The notes: generated by a model from the sequence alone, not told the origin. A stretch of DNA of 64,000 bases from Pseudomonadota bacterium (GCA_039818985.1 JBCBSU010000001.1:24367-88366); one strand, 5' to 3'. Shown: positions 53,770 through 63,983, numbered from the stretch's first letter. Program-made: numbers and translations.

Positions 53770-54069
53770 ATGTCCGTAGAAGGTGCTTATGATTGCGTAA
53801 CCAAGTCCCCCATGGGTGACCAGACATCGGTGCTCACCGTCAATGTCGACGGCGATAGCTGGACCGGCCAGAATGCCGGCCAGATGGGTACGCTTGAAAT
53901 TACCGATGGCAAGATCGACGGCAATACCCTGACCTGGACCATGGACATGAAGGTGCCGATGCCGATGAAGCTGGAATGCGAAGCCACGGTTGATGGCGAT
54001 GCGCTGACCGGCACCGTCAATGCGGGTGCGTTCGGCAAGATGGCGATGACCGGCACCAAGCAGGCCTGA
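53770..54069 (+). CDS. Hypothetical small protein (99 aa)
   Basis: Good codon usage and its own terminator. No signal peptide and no recognised domain. Confidence 0.5.
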   Translation: MSVEGAYDCVTKSPMGDQTSVLTVNVDGDSWTGQNAGQMGTLEITDGKIDGNTLTWTMDMKVPMPMKLECEATVDGDALTGTVNAGAFGKMAMTGTKQA

Positions 54070-54096
54070 TTTTCGCCGACAATCATAATATAAGAG

Positions 54097-54130
54097 CCGC
54101 GCGGGTCCTTTGGGACGCGCGCGGCTTTTT
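54097..54130. terminator. Bidirectional rho-independent terminator
   Basis: gccgcgcgggtcc-tttg-ggacgcgcgcggc followed by TTTTT; A/T-rich on the other side, serving pal. Confidence 0.8.
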
Positions 54131-54135
54131 CGTGC

Positions 54136-54690
54136 CTATTGTACCGTAACGGTGACTGCGCGACGGTTGCGGGCCCAGGCCGCCTCGGTCGAACCAAGTG
54201 CTTCAGGCCGCTCCTTGCCATAGCTGATAACCTGAATACGCGAGGGTGCCACGCCCAGCGTCACCAGATAGTTTTTTGCAGCATTGGCGCGCCGCTCGCC
54301 CAGCGCCAGATTGTAATCGCGGGTGCCGCGCTCATCGGCATGGCCTTCGACGATCACCTGTTTGTTGGGATAGCGCGACAGCCATTGTGCCTGGCTCTGC
54401 AGCGTTACCTGGTCATCGCTGTCGATATTATAGCGATCTGTGTCGAACAACACCCGGTCCGAACGCACCGTGGCGACAAAATCCTCCTGGCTGCCGGGGA
54501 TCGGCCCGGTTTCGACCGGACGCGGCGCAGGGGTTGGCGTCGGTGCCGGTGCAGTCGCTGTGACCGGTGCCGGCGGCAATTCGGGGGGTGCCTTCTTGCC
54601 GCAGGCGGCCAGTGCCAGCATCGAGACGGACATCAGCATGATGGTGCCGGTCCGGCGCACTGTTGGATAGCGCGAAACATTCTGGATCAT
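54136..54690 (-). CDS. pal: Peptidoglycan-associated lipoprotein Pal (OmpA-like domain)
   Basis: Lipobox LALAAC; OmpA C-terminal motifs (…VIVEGHADERGTRDYNLALGERRANAAKNYL…). Confidence 0.9.
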   Translation of the reverse strand: MIQNVSRYPTVRRTGTIMLMSVSMLALAACGKKAPPELPPAPVTATAPAPTPTPAPRPVETGPIPGSQEDFVATVRSDRVLFDTDRYNIDSDDQVTLQSQAQWLSRYPNKQVIVEGHADERGTRDYNLALGERRANAAKNYLVTLGVAPSRIQVISYGKERPEALGSTEAAWARNRRAVTVTVQ

Positions 54691-54829
54691 TGCTTCTTCT
54701 CCTTGGCTGGGTCAGCACCATCGACATTCATGCTTTGCTGATCCCTTATCTGTTAATTTTACGCTCTTTTCTGTCTGCGGCCAGACCATTTGTGACAATG
54801 TGCCACAGCCGTACGTCCTGCAGATGACA

Positions 54830-56185
54830 TCAGGGCAGCACCGGTCCCCAGCTCGGATCTGAACCATCGACCGGGGTGCGTAGCCGTCGTTCGCTGGCAC
54901 CGGTCAGATCGACTTGCCACAGGCTGGTGCGGCCCGATCCGCGTTGGGTACGAAAGAACTGGATGATGCGGCCATTGGGGGCCCAGGTTGGGGCTTCATC
55001 CTGCCAGCTGTTGGTCAGCAGCCGCACATTGCCGCCCGAAGGCGTCATTACCCCGATGCGGAAATTGCCCGATGTCCGGGTAAAGGCGATCAGGTCGCCG
55101 CGCGGGCTCCACTCCGGGGTGGCGTAGCGACCGCCGCCAAAACTGATTCGGCGCTGGCTGGAGCCATCGGCATTCATCACGTAAATCTGTTGCGCGCCCG
55201 AGCGGTCACTCTCGAAAACGATGCGGCTTCCATCGGGGGAATAGCTGCCGCCGACATCGATGCCCGGCGAATTGGTCAGCCGCCGTGGCCGCCCGCCGCG
55301 TGCCGATATGCTGTAGATATCGGTGTTGCCGGCGACCGCCATGGAGAACAATATCGTCCGGCCATCGGGTGACCAGCGCGGCGCAAAGGTGGCGTTGCTG
55401 GTGCTGAATACCTTGCGCTGCTTGCCGCTGCCGACCTCATAGATATAGATGCTGGGCTTGCCGTTGAGATAGCTGAGATAGACGATCTCCTGATAATCGG
55501 GTGAGAAGCGCGGCGTCAGCGCCGTCGCCTGACCATTTGTGATGAAGCGGTGGTTGGCGCCGTCACTGTCCATGATCGCCAGTCTTTTGGTGCGCCGGTC
55601 CTTGGGCCCTGTCTCGGCGATATAGGCGATGCGGCTGTCGAAAAACGGGCTTTCGCCGGTCAGGCGCGAGTAGATCGAATCAGCGCATTTATGTGCGGCC
55701 CTGCGCCAGTCAGCAGGCTCGACAACAAAGCCCTGGCGGGTCAGTTCGCTGCCCAGCGCGACATCATAGAGATAGCAGCCGACGGTAATTCGGTCATCGG
55801 GCATGGCGCGAACAAAGCCCTGAACCAGCGCCTCGGTATCGCGCCCGCGCCAATAGCCGAATTCAGGGCGAGTGACCTCGTCGAAGCTGATGCCACGCAC
55901 CGCATTGCGCCCCTTGGGGCTGAACAGGCCGCTGGAGCGCAGGTCTGCAACTATGACATCACTGATCCGGTCGCCCAGATCATCGGTGTCACCCGCCGGG
56001 GTGGCAATGGTCTGCGGCGTCGGCAGCGCCGGGACGGCGATAGAAATCTCCGCATCGGCACTGTTCTCGACATCGACGGTCAGCTGTGCCGCCGCATGAT
56101 GTGGCATCATCAGGCCGAGCAGCGGCAATATCGCCCAGCGGGCGGCCCGAAGCATGGAAGCATGGCGGCAAATGGCAAGGGTCAT
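54830..56185 (-). CDS. tolB: Tol-Pal system beta-propeller protein TolB
   Basis: Signal peptide, the TolB N-domain, and WD40-like beta-propeller repeats. Start at ATG 56185, just after the tolA stop (the alternative is 56155). Confidence 0.9.
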   Translation of the reverse strand: MTLAICRHASMLRAARWAILPLLGLMMPHHAAAQLTVDVENSADAEISIAVPALPTPQTIATPAGDTDDLGDRISDVIVADLRSSGLFSPKGRNAVRGISFDEVTRPEFGYWRGRDTEALVQGFVRAMPDDRITVGCYLYDVALGSELTRQGFVVEPADWRRAAHKCADSIYSRLTGESPFFDSRIAYIAETGPKDRRTKRLAIMDSDGANHRFITNGQATALTPRFSPDYQEIVYLSYLNGKPSIYIYEVGSGKQRKVFSTSNATFAPRWSPDGRTILFSMAVAGNTDIYSISARGGRPRRLTNSPGIDVGGSYSPDGSRIVFESDRSGAQQIYVMNADGSSQRRISFGGGRYATPEWSPRGDLIAFTRTSGNFRIGVMTPSGGNVRLLTNSWQDEAPTWAPNGRIIQFFRTQRGSGRTSLWQVDLTGASERRLRTPVDGSDPSWGPVLP

Positions 56186-56187
56186 GA

Positions 56188-56964
56188 TCACAATCCCAGA
56201 TAAAGAACCGGTTCGATTTCTTTCCACTCGTCATAATATTCGGGTGGAAATGTGAAGGGGGCCGCCAGCCTGACAGCGGCAAGGGCGCGTTCTCCATGCA
56301 GCTTGACCTGTGGCCGGTTGCTGCTGGTCACGCCGGTGGTTTTTATGCGCGGCGTGCCGACAATTTTGCCATTGCGGTCGAGCGCAACCGTGATCTTGGT
56401 GCGGAGTTTTTCGGCGTCAGCACCCGTAGGCGGTCGCCAATGTGGTTTGACCTGGCGCAGCAATTCACGTTGCAAAGAAGCAACAACCGCCGGACCGGCA
56501 AGCTTGCCCGGCGGGTTTTGTTCGCGGCTGAGCGACTCTTTGTCGGTCACGCCGTCGAGGAAGTTCTCGCCGAAGCGGGATCCGCGCTGCCGCCGGTCGG
56601 GGCGTCGCCGGTCGCGCTTGTCGACCGGTTTGGGGGGCGGCTTGGGTGTGGCTCTGGCAATTCGGGTCGGTTTGGTGCTCGGCCTGGTTTCGGGCATGGG
56701 TGTTGGTTCGGTAACCTCTTGTGGAATGTCCTCGGGCTCGGGAGGGATGACCTCGCCCGTCTCTGGTGCCATGCTTGTGGCCGCTTCGGCATTGGGGGTC
56801 GGCGAGGTGTCGACCAGGCCGACCTCGTCGGAGAGGATAACCGCGACGCTCTCCTGCGGCACACGCAATTCGCCACGCGAGGCAATGCCCAGCGACAACG
56901 CCCCGAACAGCGCGATGTGGCCAATGGTAGCAATCCCCAAACCTATGGCTTCGGACTGTTTCAT
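56188..56964 (-). CDS. tolA: Cell-envelope integrity protein TolA
   Basis: N-terminal TM, a Pro/Glu/Thr/Lys-rich extended region, and a C-terminal TonB/TolA-like domain. It lies between tolR and tolB. Confidence 0.8.
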   Translation of the reverse strand: MKQSEAIGLGIATIGHIALFGALSLGIASRGELRVPQESVAVILSDEVGLVDTSPTPNAEAATSMAPETGEVIPPEPEDIPQEVTEPTPMPETRPSTKPTRIARATPKPPPKPVDKRDRRRPDRRQRGSRFGENFLDGVTDKESLSREQNPPGKLAGPAVVASLQRELLRQVKPHWRPPTGADAEKLRTKITVALDRNGKIVGTPRIKTTGVTSSNRPQVKLHGERALAAVRLAAPFTFPPEYYDEWKEIEPVLYLGL

Positions 56965-56974
56965 GACAGCGCCA

Positions 56975-57493
56975 CTATCTAGCGTCCCCAGATGAACCCG
57001 CCGTGACCATATCAGGGTCGATCACCGCATCGGGATCACCGCGCGCACCGGCACCACCAGCCTGTGTAACAAGGGAAATTTTGTTCAGCCCAGCGCGGTT
57101 CAGTTCGCCCAGCACCAATGCGATGCTGCCATAGTCCAGCGCCCGGTCGGCGCGCAGGGTGATCTGTGGCGCGTCCTCTCCGGCCTCGCTGCGGATCGCC
57201 TCCAGCGCTGGCGCCAACCCACCTGGTTCTACCACATTGTCATCGATATAGACCGCGCCATCGGCGGCGAGCGAGATCTGCACCGGCTCGCGCTCCTGCT
57301 CGATCGGGTTGGCGCGGCTTTCGGGCAGTTCGATCGGCACCCCGGCTACCAGCAGCGGCGCGGTGATCATGAAGATGATCAGCAACACCAGCATGACATC
57401 GACCAGCGGCGTCACATTGATTTCGGCCATGGGTGCGCGTCCGCCGCGGCCCCTTCGCCGTCCATTTGCACCGCTGTTCATCGAAAAGGCCAT
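56975..57493 (-). CDS. tolR: TolR (ExbD family)
   Basis: EINVTPLVDVMLVLLIIFMIT is the ExbD/TolR signature. Confidence 0.9.
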   Translation of the reverse strand: MAFSMNSGANGRRRGRGGRAPMAEINVTPLVDVMLVLLIIFMITAPLLVAGVPIELPESRANPIEQEREPVQISLAADGAVYIDDNVVEPGGLAPALEAIRSEAGEDAPQITLRADRALDYGSIALVLGELNRAGLNKISLVTQAGGAGARGDPDAVIDPDMVTAGSSGDAR

Positions 57494-57511
57494 TATCTGC
57501 TCCTGCGCCTC

Positions 57512-58210
57512 CTAAGCGGCCTTTTCCAGCTCGCGGCTCAGCGTTGCGTGGAAGCCGTCGGCGAAACGGAACAACCGTGCTTCCAGCGTGTTCAGCCGGT
57601 GCGAGAAACGGTTATAGGCGATCACCGCAGGGATTGCGGCAAACAGGCCAATAGCCGTGGCGAACAGTGCCTCGGCAATGCCGGGCGCCACCACCGCGAG
57701 TGAGCTGTTCTGTTCTGCGGCAATGGCGGAGAAGCTGCGCATAATCCCCCAGACGGTGCCGAACAGCCCGACAAATGGTGCAACGCTGCCGACGGTAGCG
57801 AGGAAGTTCAGCCGTTCGGACAGCCGGTCGATCTCGGCGGTGACGCTGGCGTTCATCACCGTCGCCAGGCGCTGGCGCGTGCCTTCGCGGTCGACATTGG
57901 TGCCTCCGGTCGAGCGTCGCCATTCCCCGACGCCGGCGGCCAGAACCTTGGCGGCGGGGACATCCTCCTTGCCACGCGTCTTGTAAAAGGCGTCGATATC
58001 CTCGGTCTGCCAGAAATCAGCCTCATAACTCTCGCTGCTTCGCCGCGCGCCGCGGATTTTCCCGGCAAAGCTGATGATGATCGCCCAGGTCCAGATGCTG
58101 GCCAGCGCCAGCCCGATCATCACCAGCTTGACGACGATATCGGCTTCGAGAAACAGGGCGATGGGGGAAAGTGTGACCGTTTCGGTCGATAACCCCATTT
58201 GATCCAACAT
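57512..58210 (-). CDS. tolQ: TolQ (MotA/TolQ/ExbB proton channel)
   Basis: Three TM helices, ...ATVGSVAPFVGLFGTVWGIM.... Start at 58210, downstream of the ybgC stop. Confidence 0.9.
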   Translation of the reverse strand: MLDQMGLSTETVTLSPIALFLEADIVVKLVMIGLALASIWTWAIIISFAGKIRGARRSSESYEADFWQTEDIDAFYKTRGKEDVPAAKVLAAGVGEWRRSTGGTNVDREGTRQRLATVMNASVTAEIDRLSERLNFLATVGSVAPFVGLFGTVWGIMRSFSAIAAEQNSSLAVVAPGIAEALFATAIGLFAAIPAVIAYNRFSHRLNTLEARLFRFADGFHATLSRELEKAA

Positions 58211-58233
58211 AGGCTTACATGCTTTCCTTGCTG

Positions 58234-58698
58234 TCAGTCGGTGGTGAGGACGGAATGGAACGCCTCGACCCACTGTTTGGGCTGGCGCGTAGGGCGGCCT
58301 TTCGGGTTGAGAAACGCGGCTTTAACCTGGGCAGTGAAGATCAGATCATCATTGCGCATGACTCGTTGCTGAATATGGCATCCTGCGGCGCGTACCTTTG
58401 TGGCCTGGCTGGCGATGATCAGGGCATCGTCGAACACCGCCGGAAGGTGATAGGTGATGTCCATCGCGGCAATGGCATAGGTGCCGATTCCGGCCTCGTG
58501 CACCGCGCGCTGGTCGATGCCGATCGCACGCAGCATGTCGGTGCGCGCCCGCTCGCAAAAACGCAGATAATTGGCATGGTAGACGATGCCGGAAAAGTCG
58601 GTGTCCTCATAATAGACCCGCAGCGCAAACCAGTGTGTTCGCTCGACAAAGCGCCCGGCAAAGGGGGCGAGATCGGCAGGAGGCTGGGCGTCCGTCAT
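58234..58698 (-). CDS. ybgC: Tol-Pal-associated acyl-CoA thioesterase (4HBT fold)
   Basis: ...YYEDTDFSGIVYHANYLRFCERAR... YbgC/4HBT motif, first gene of the tol cluster. Confidence 0.85.
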   Translation of the reverse strand: MTDAQPPADLAPFAGRFVERTHWFALRVYYEDTDFSGIVYHANYLRFCERARTDMLRAIGIDQRAVHEAGIGTYAIAAMDITYHLPAVFDDALIIASQATKVRAAGCHIQQRVMRNDDLIFTAQVKAAFLNPKGRPTRQPKQWVEAFHSVLTTD

Positions 58699-58813
58699 GG
58701 GTCTGCAAATAGGCGCAAATCGAGGCCATGGAAAGTAACAAGTGCCGGTTGTGAACCATTAGCCGCGCTTGAGATTCGGCTGGTCGTATTTGCCGACAGG
58801 GTGCGCGGCAAGG

Positions 58814-59941
58814 CTAGCCGCTGGTCGGCATTTGCTGGGTGGCGCAATGGATACCACCGCCGACTTCACCAACCGGGTCGACATCGAGCAGGATGATTTC
58901 GCGATCGGGATAGAGATCTTCCAGCACCGAACGCGCCTCGGCATCGGCTTCGGCATCGCCAAATTGCGCCCCGATCAGCGCGCTGTTGCAGACATAGTAA
59001 TTGACATAGGAGGCGACAAAATCCTCTGCCGCAACGCGAATATCATAGGGTTGTGCAATGGTGACCAGTTCCAGCTTGCGGTCTCTTGCATCGCGTGCAT
59101 TGGCCAGGAACTCATGGGTCTCATAGGCCGAGGCGGCGAACGGATCGTAGGCAATGTCTGCCGCATCGGGCAGCTGGATCAGCACTGTGCCGGGCTGTGG
59201 GAAACGGGCCAGTGCGTCGATATGATAGTCGGTGATATCCTCGCCATAAACGCCTTTGGCCCAGATCAGTTTCTCTGCGCCCACAGCCTCCAGAATGAGC
59301 GCTTCTATCTCTTCGCGGCTGCCTTTATTGCGATTGGGGTTTACCCAGCTCGATTCATGCGCGATCACCGTGCCTTGGCCATCATGCTCCAGCCCGCCCG
59401 GCTCGCCGACTAGGCCGTTATCCAGCACCGGCAGCCCCAGCCGCGCGGCGATGCGCGCGGCGACTTTGCCGTCATGGCGATGGACCTGCTTGCTGCCCCA
59501 GCCGTTGAAGTTGAACTGGCGTATCGCGAGCGCGCCGGCATCATTGCGGACAAAACACGGGCCGGAATCGCGGCACCACAGATCATCGGTGGGAATGTCC
59601 CATATGTTCACCGCATCGCTCAACCGCCGCCGCGCCGCCGGTTGATGCTCCGCCGCCATCAGCATAACCACCGGCTCAAATTGCGCGATGCTGTTGGCGA
59701 CTTTGGCGATGCTCACCTGCAGCATCTCCAGAAACACCGGGTCGGGATGGACAGTGCGATTAACCGGCCATTGCATGAAGGTGCATTGATGCGGCTCGGC
59801 CTCTTCGGGCATGTAATAGCCTTCGCTATCGGCCATGGCCGCCTCTCCCTGGCATCCGGCCATGCCGGAAAATGCCGGCAGCAGCGCAGCGCCGCCGAGC
59901 AATGTGCCCGCCTGTCGCCGGTTCATCATCGGGGCAGGCAT
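58814..59941 (-). CDS. Agmatine deiminase / porphyranyl-type peptidylarginine deiminase family protein with Tat-lipoprotein signal
   Basis: N-terminal twin-arginine and lipobox (NRRQAGTLLGGAALLPAFSGMAGC); C-terminal catalytic Cys region (GGGIHCATQQ). Confidence 0.75.
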   Translation of the reverse strand: MPAPMMNRRQAGTLLGGAALLPAFSGMAGCQGEAAMADSEGYYMPEEAEPHQCTFMQWPVNRTVHPDPVFLEMLQVSIAKVANSIAQFEPVVMLMAAEHQPAARRRLSDAVNIWDIPTDDLWCRDSGPCFVRNDAGALAIRQFNFNGWGSKQVHRHDGKVAARIAARLGLPVLDNGLVGEPGGLEHDGQGTVIAHESSWVNPNRNKGSREEIEALILEAVGAEKLIWAKGVYGEDITDYHIDALARFPQPGTVLIQLPDAADIAYDPFAASAYETHEFLANARDARDRKLELVTIAQPYDIRVAAEDFVASYVNYYVCNSALIGAQFGDAEADAEARSVLEDLYPDREIILLDVDPVGEVGGGIHCATQQMPTSG

Positions 59942-59947
59942 ATCGCC

Positions 59948-60988
59948 TCACTCGGAGAACAGGTCGCCATCGACCGTTCCCGATGGCGGGGTCAGCCCGA
60001 GATGCTTCCAGCCGCGATCATTGAGTTGGCGGCCGCGGGCGGTGCGCGCAATCAGGCCGAGCTGGATCAAATAGGGCTCGATCACATCCTCGATGGTATC
60101 GCGCGGCTCGGAAAGTCCCGCCGCCAGCGTCTCGACGCCGACCGGGCCGCCTTTATAGATATCGGCGATCATGGTGAGATAGCGCCGGTCCATGGCATCG
60201 AGGCCGAGGCCGTCCACTTCGAGCCGGGTCAGGGCGGCATCGGCGGTCGCGGCGTTGACGCTGGCGGCTCCGGCGACCCCGGCAAAGTCGCGCACCCGGC
60301 GCAACAGCCGACCGGCCACTCTGGGCGTGCCGCGTGCCCGGCGCGCCACTTCGCGTGCGCCATCCTCGGCAATGGCGAGGCCGAGCAGCCGTGCGGCGCG
60401 GGCCACCACCTGCTGCAATTCCTCGACGGTGTAGAAATTGAGCCGCACCGGGATGCCGAAACGGTCACGCAGCGGCGTGGTCAGCAGCCCCTGCCGCGTC
60501 GTTGCGCCGATCAGGGTGAAGGCGGGCAGGTCGATGCGGACGCTGCGCGCCGACGGGCCTTCGCCGATGATGATGTCGAGCGCGCGATCCTCCATCGCCG
60601 GATAGAGCACCTCCTCGACGACCGGGTTGAGCCGGTGAATCTCGTCGATAAACAGCACATCGCCTTCTTCGAGATTGGTGAGCAAGGCCGCCAGATCGCC
60701 GGCCTTGGCGATCACCGGACCGGAAGTGGCGCGAAAGCCGACGCCCATTTCGCGCGCGACAATCTGCGCCAGCGTCGTCTTGCCCAGCCCCGGCGGCCCG
60801 AAAAACAGCACATGGTCCAGCGCTTCGCCACGCGCCTTGGCGGCCTCGATAAACACCTGCAAATTCGCCCGCGCCGCTTCCTGTCCGATAAATTCACGCA
60901 GGTTTTTCGGCCGCAATGCGGCATCCGCATCCATGGCGGTACTGTCGGGCGAAACGAGGCGGTCTTCTGGGCGGTCTTCGGCTTCCAT
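59948..60988 (-). CDS. ruvB: Holliday junction helicase RuvB
   Basis: Walker [12 protein letters not shown], Walker B DEIHRL, and sensor motifs. ATG at 60988. Confidence 0.95.
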   Translation of the reverse strand: MEAEDRPEDRLVSPDSTAMDADAALRPKNLREFIGQEAARANLQVFIEAAKARGEALDHVLFFGPPGLGKTTLAQIVAREMGVGFRATSGPVIAKAGDLAALLTNLEEGDVLFIDEIHRLNPVVEEVLYPAMEDRALDIIIGEGPSARSVRIDLPAFTLIGATTRQGLLTTPLRDRFGIPVRLNFYTVEELQQVVARAARLLGLAIAEDGAREVARRARGTPRVAGRLLRRVRDFAGVAGAASVNAATADAALTRLEVDGLGLDAMDRRYLTMIADIYKGGPVGVETLAAGLSEPRDTIEDVIEPYLIQLGLIARTARGRQLNDRGWKHLGLTPPSGTVDGDLFSE

Positions 60989-61007
60989 CAAACCGGTCTA
61001 GACAAAT

Positions 61008-61037
61008 TGTCATTTCCGCGAAAGCGGGAATCCAGGG
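61008..61037. repeat. Palindromic repeat element (ttgtcatttccgcgaaagcgggaatccaggg)
   Basis: Inner palindrome ttccgc-gaaa-gcgggaa, with the gtcatt...aatccag ends shared with the 14349 and 18929 copies. It lies between the ruvB start and the AT-rich ORF stop. Confidence 0.6.
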
Positions 61038-61063
61038 CGTTTAGGCATAGGCATCACTGAGGC

Positions 61064-61675
61064 TTAGCCTTGCTTCGGTGGAGAGTTTTGAGGCATTTCT
61101 GCGATTCCCTCAAACTCAGCTAAAATTCGATTTATAGATTCTTCTCGAGCTCTTGGGTCTAGTTGTGCTTGCACAAGACTTACAAAATTTCTCTGTACAT
61201 CGATGAGAAGTTCTTTGGCTTCAGGAAATCTGTCCGGTTTATCAACGATGTTGTAACCTCTTACTAACCAGTCGAGTATTGGCTGCCTGTAGCCTCTATA
61301 TGCTGGTGGCTTTTCTGAACCATAGTTGTCAGTTATACTGTTTGGGAAATACCAACGCCCTGTGTCGATGGCCCAACTCAATTCACTTAAAATTTTCAGC
61401 TTATGCTCGTTTTGAATCTCTAAGACTTCAAAATGATGAATTGCATTTGATAAGGTTTGAGAGACTTCTCTAGCCCAGTCAGCTATCTCTCGAAAATATT
61501 CGTCAGTCCATGACTGTTGAGCAAGAATCGTCTGTGCTTTAGCTAAATCAGCACTTTTAGATTCTAATTCAGATGTCCGCTTTTCCGTCTGGCTAGAGCG
61601 ATAGATTGTCCATAGACTAATCAATATTGCCGCTAGAGCGGCTATTGCGCTTACCCAATCTGGCCAGTTTTCCAT
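61064..61675 (-). CDS. AT-rich hypothetical protein (N-terminal TM helix) inserted between ruvA and ruvB
   Basis: About 40% GC against about 63% background. Start is the ATG at 61675 (preceded by an in-frame GTG at 61678); the ATG overlaps the ruvA TGA (TGATG). 203 aa, TM helix VSAIAALAAILISLWTIY, no recognised domain. Confidence 0.65.
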   Translation of the reverse strand: MENWPDWVSAIAALAAILISLWTIYRSSQTEKRTSELESKSADLAKAQTILAQQSWTDEYFREIADWAREVSQTLSNAIHHFEVLEIQNEHKLKILSELSWAIDTGRWYFPNSITDNYGSEKPPAYRGYRQPILDWLVRGYNIVDKPDRFPEAKELLIDVQRNFVSLVQAQLDPRAREESINRILAEFEGIAEMPQNSPPKQG

Positions 61676-62280
61676 CACCGCCCCACCTTCTTCAGTGCCA
61701 GCTTCACCAGCGCATCGAGATCGGTGTCATCGCCCAGTTCCGCCTCGGCCTTGGCCACAGCGCGCGCGGCTTCGGCGGGTTTGAAGCCGAGATTGCTGAG
61801 CGCCGAGACCGCATCGGCGCTGGCGCTGCCGGCGGGGGCCGGGGCGACGCCACTGGCTCCACTGCCTCCCAGATCGACGCCGCCCATCTTGTCCTTCAAC
61901 TCATTGACGATGCGCTTGGCCAGTTTCGGGCCGACGCCCTGGGCCCGCGTCACCTGGGTCACATCGCCCTGGGCGATGGCGGTGCCGAGTTCTTCGGGGG
62001 TCAGCGCCGACTGGATCGCCAGTGCCACCTTGCCGCCAACGCCCTGCACCCCGGTGAGCAGGCGGAAGCCGTCGCGTTCGGTGGCGGTGGCAAAGCCGAT
62101 CAGCCGCATGTCATTCTCGCTGACCTGCATCTCGGTGTGGATGGTGACGCTGTCGCCACGCGCGCCCAGCCCCGACAATGTCCGCGCCGAGGCATGCACC
62201 AGATAGCCGACGCCATTGACGTCGATCACCGCGGTGTCGGCGGAGACGTCATCGAGTTTTCCGGTGAGCTTGGCGATCAT
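61675..62280 (-). CDS. ruvA: Holliday junction DNA helicase RuvA
   Basis: MIAKLTGKL...VIDVNGVGY... OB-fold, HhH domains, and the C-terminal RuvB-binding domain. Confidence 0.95.
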   Translation of the reverse strand: MIAKLTGKLDDVSADTAVIDVNGVGYLVHASARTLSGLGARGDSVTIHTEMQVSENDMRLIGFATATERDGFRLLTGVQGVGGKVALAIQSALTPEELGTAIAQGDVTQVTRAQGVGPKLAKRIVNELKDKMGGVDLGGSGASGVAPAPAGSASADAVSALSNLGFKPAEAARAVAKAEAELGDDTDLDALVKLALKKVGR

Positions 62281-62429
62281 CAGACTGGTTTAGCTTCTTT
62301 TGATTTCACGGCAAGGCGCTTCGCGCCGCCTCCAAACGGGTTCGGTCCAATAAGGGCCGGCGGCCGGTCGGCCTTGCGAACGGCTTTGCAGCCGTCTGGA
62401 GCGTGGTTTCGGGTACAATATCCGAAGTT

Positions 62430-62897
62430 TCAGCCATGATGCGCATGGGTGATCGCCACCGCCAGCGCATCGGCGGCATCGGCGCCGCTGATTTTCGCGC
62501 CGGGCAGCAGCACTTTGAGCATCGCCTGGATCTGCATCTTGTCTGCCGCTCCGGTACCGACCACCGCTTTCTTGACCGCGCGCGCGGCATATTCCGCCAC
62601 CGGTACCCTGGCGCGCGCCGCACCGAGGAGCACCACACCGCGCGCCTGACCCAGCTTGAGTGTCGATTGCGGGTTCTTGTTGACGAAGACTTCTTCGACT
62701 GCGGCGGCATCGGGCTGCCATTCGTGGATTAGCGTCTGCAGTGCAGTATCGAGGGTGAGCAGCCGCTCGGCCAGCGGTGCCTTGGCCTGGGTTGTTATCT
62801 GGCCATTGGCGATATGCGCCAAGCGATTGCCCTCGGTGCGGATCAGGCCCCAGCCAGTGGTGCCAAGGCCGGGATCAAGACCCAGAATCAGGCTCAT
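62430..62897 (-). CDS. ruvC: Holliday junction resolvase RuvC
   Basis: [17 protein letters not shown]... RNase-H-like fold with the catalytic acidic residues. Confidence 0.95.
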   Translation of the reverse strand: MSLILGLDPGLGTTGWGLIRTEGNRLAHIANGQITTQAKAPLAERLLTLDTALQTLIHEWQPDAAAVEEVFVNKNPQSTLKLGQARGVVLLGAARARVPVAEYAARAVKKAVVGTGAADKMQIQAMLKVLLPGAKISGADAADALAVAITHAHHG

Positions 62898-62924
62898 GTG
62901 AAATGCACTGCTGTTTTGAAAAGG

Positions 62925-63983
62925 TCAGGCGTTTTCGGTCACCTTGGCGACCGTCCGTGTTGCCGAGCCGATGGCGGGGCGGGCACTGGGCTTTGGTTCT
63001 TCCTCGCGGCCGGCATCTTTCGGCATCCGCTTGACGTCCCAGACCAGGCCGAGCTTCTCCAGTACCATAATCACCCAATAGGTCGGGTCGATCTCCCACC
63101 AGCGGGTGCTGGTGGTGGCAGCGCGCGGATGGGCATGATGGTTATTGTGCCAGCCCTCACCGAGCGAGACCAGGGCGACCCACCAGTTATTCTTGGCATG
63201 ATGCGGCCCCTTGAACCGCTCATAGCCCCAATAATGGCAGACGCTGTTGAGCAGCGCGATGGCATGCAGGCCGAGCATCATGCGGAAGGTGCCGGCGACC
63301 AGTACCGTGCCGATGACATGGTTCCACGTGCCGCCAAACGCCCAGCCCCACAATGCGGGCACGAAAAACGCCGAGGTGAACAGCCACAGCCAACGCGTCT
63401 TGTGCGCGAACACCAGCACCTTGTCCTCGAGCAGGCCCTTGCCGTAAATCTCCATATCGGTGGAGCAATTGTCGAAGGCCCAGCCGAGATGAGCATGGGC
63501 GAGGCCTTTGAGCTTGCTGACCGGTTCCTTGCCCTCGCCATCGAAAAACGGGCTGTGCACATCGCCGGGCTGGTCGGTCTGGCTGTGATGGCGGCGATGG
63601 TCGGCGACCCAGTACAGCGCCGAGCCATAGACGCCGCATTGCGCCAATATGGCCAGTGCATAGCGCATCGGCGTCGACGTCTTGAACGAGCCATGGGTGA
63701 AATAGCGATGGTGCGCCAGGCTCTCGCCGAGAACATTGAGGCAGTAGAACAGGAAGAAAGCGGACCATATGACCCAGTCAGTCGGCTGGGTGGCAATCCA
63801 GATCAGCGCCAGCAGCGTGCCGCCATTCTTGATCGAGGTATAGACGAAATATTCCTTGCGCTGCGCCTTGGCCAGCGGCGCGTTGACGATGACCCCCATG
63901 GGCGCGGTGTCTTCGCTGATCAGCGATTGCTCATTGGGGTTGGATGGCTGGCGCAGCGTTGCCGCTCCGGCATCCTTGCTCAC
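62925..63983 (-). CDS. Membrane fatty-acid (acyl-CoA/acyl-lipid) desaturase
   Basis: Three His boxes (HHRYFTH, HRRHH, HNNHH) and TM helices. Confidence 0.85.
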   Translation of the reverse strand: MSKDAGAATLRQPSNPNEQSLISEDTAPMGVIVNAPLAKAQRKEYFVYTSIKNGGTLLALIWIATQPTDWVIWSAFFLFYCLNVLGESLAHHRYFTHGSFKTSTPMRYALAILAQCGVYGSALYWVADHRRHHSQTDQPGDVHSPFFDGEGKEPVSKLKGLAHAHLGWAFDNCSTDMEIYGKGLLEDKVLVFAHKTRWLWLFTSAFFVPALWGWAFGGTWNHVIGTVLVAGTFRMMLGLHAIALLNSVCHYWGYERFKGPHHAKNNWWVALVSLGEGWHNNHHAHPRAATTSTRWWEIDPTYWVIMVLEKLGLVWDVKRMPKDAGREEEPKPSARPAIGSATRTVAKVTENA

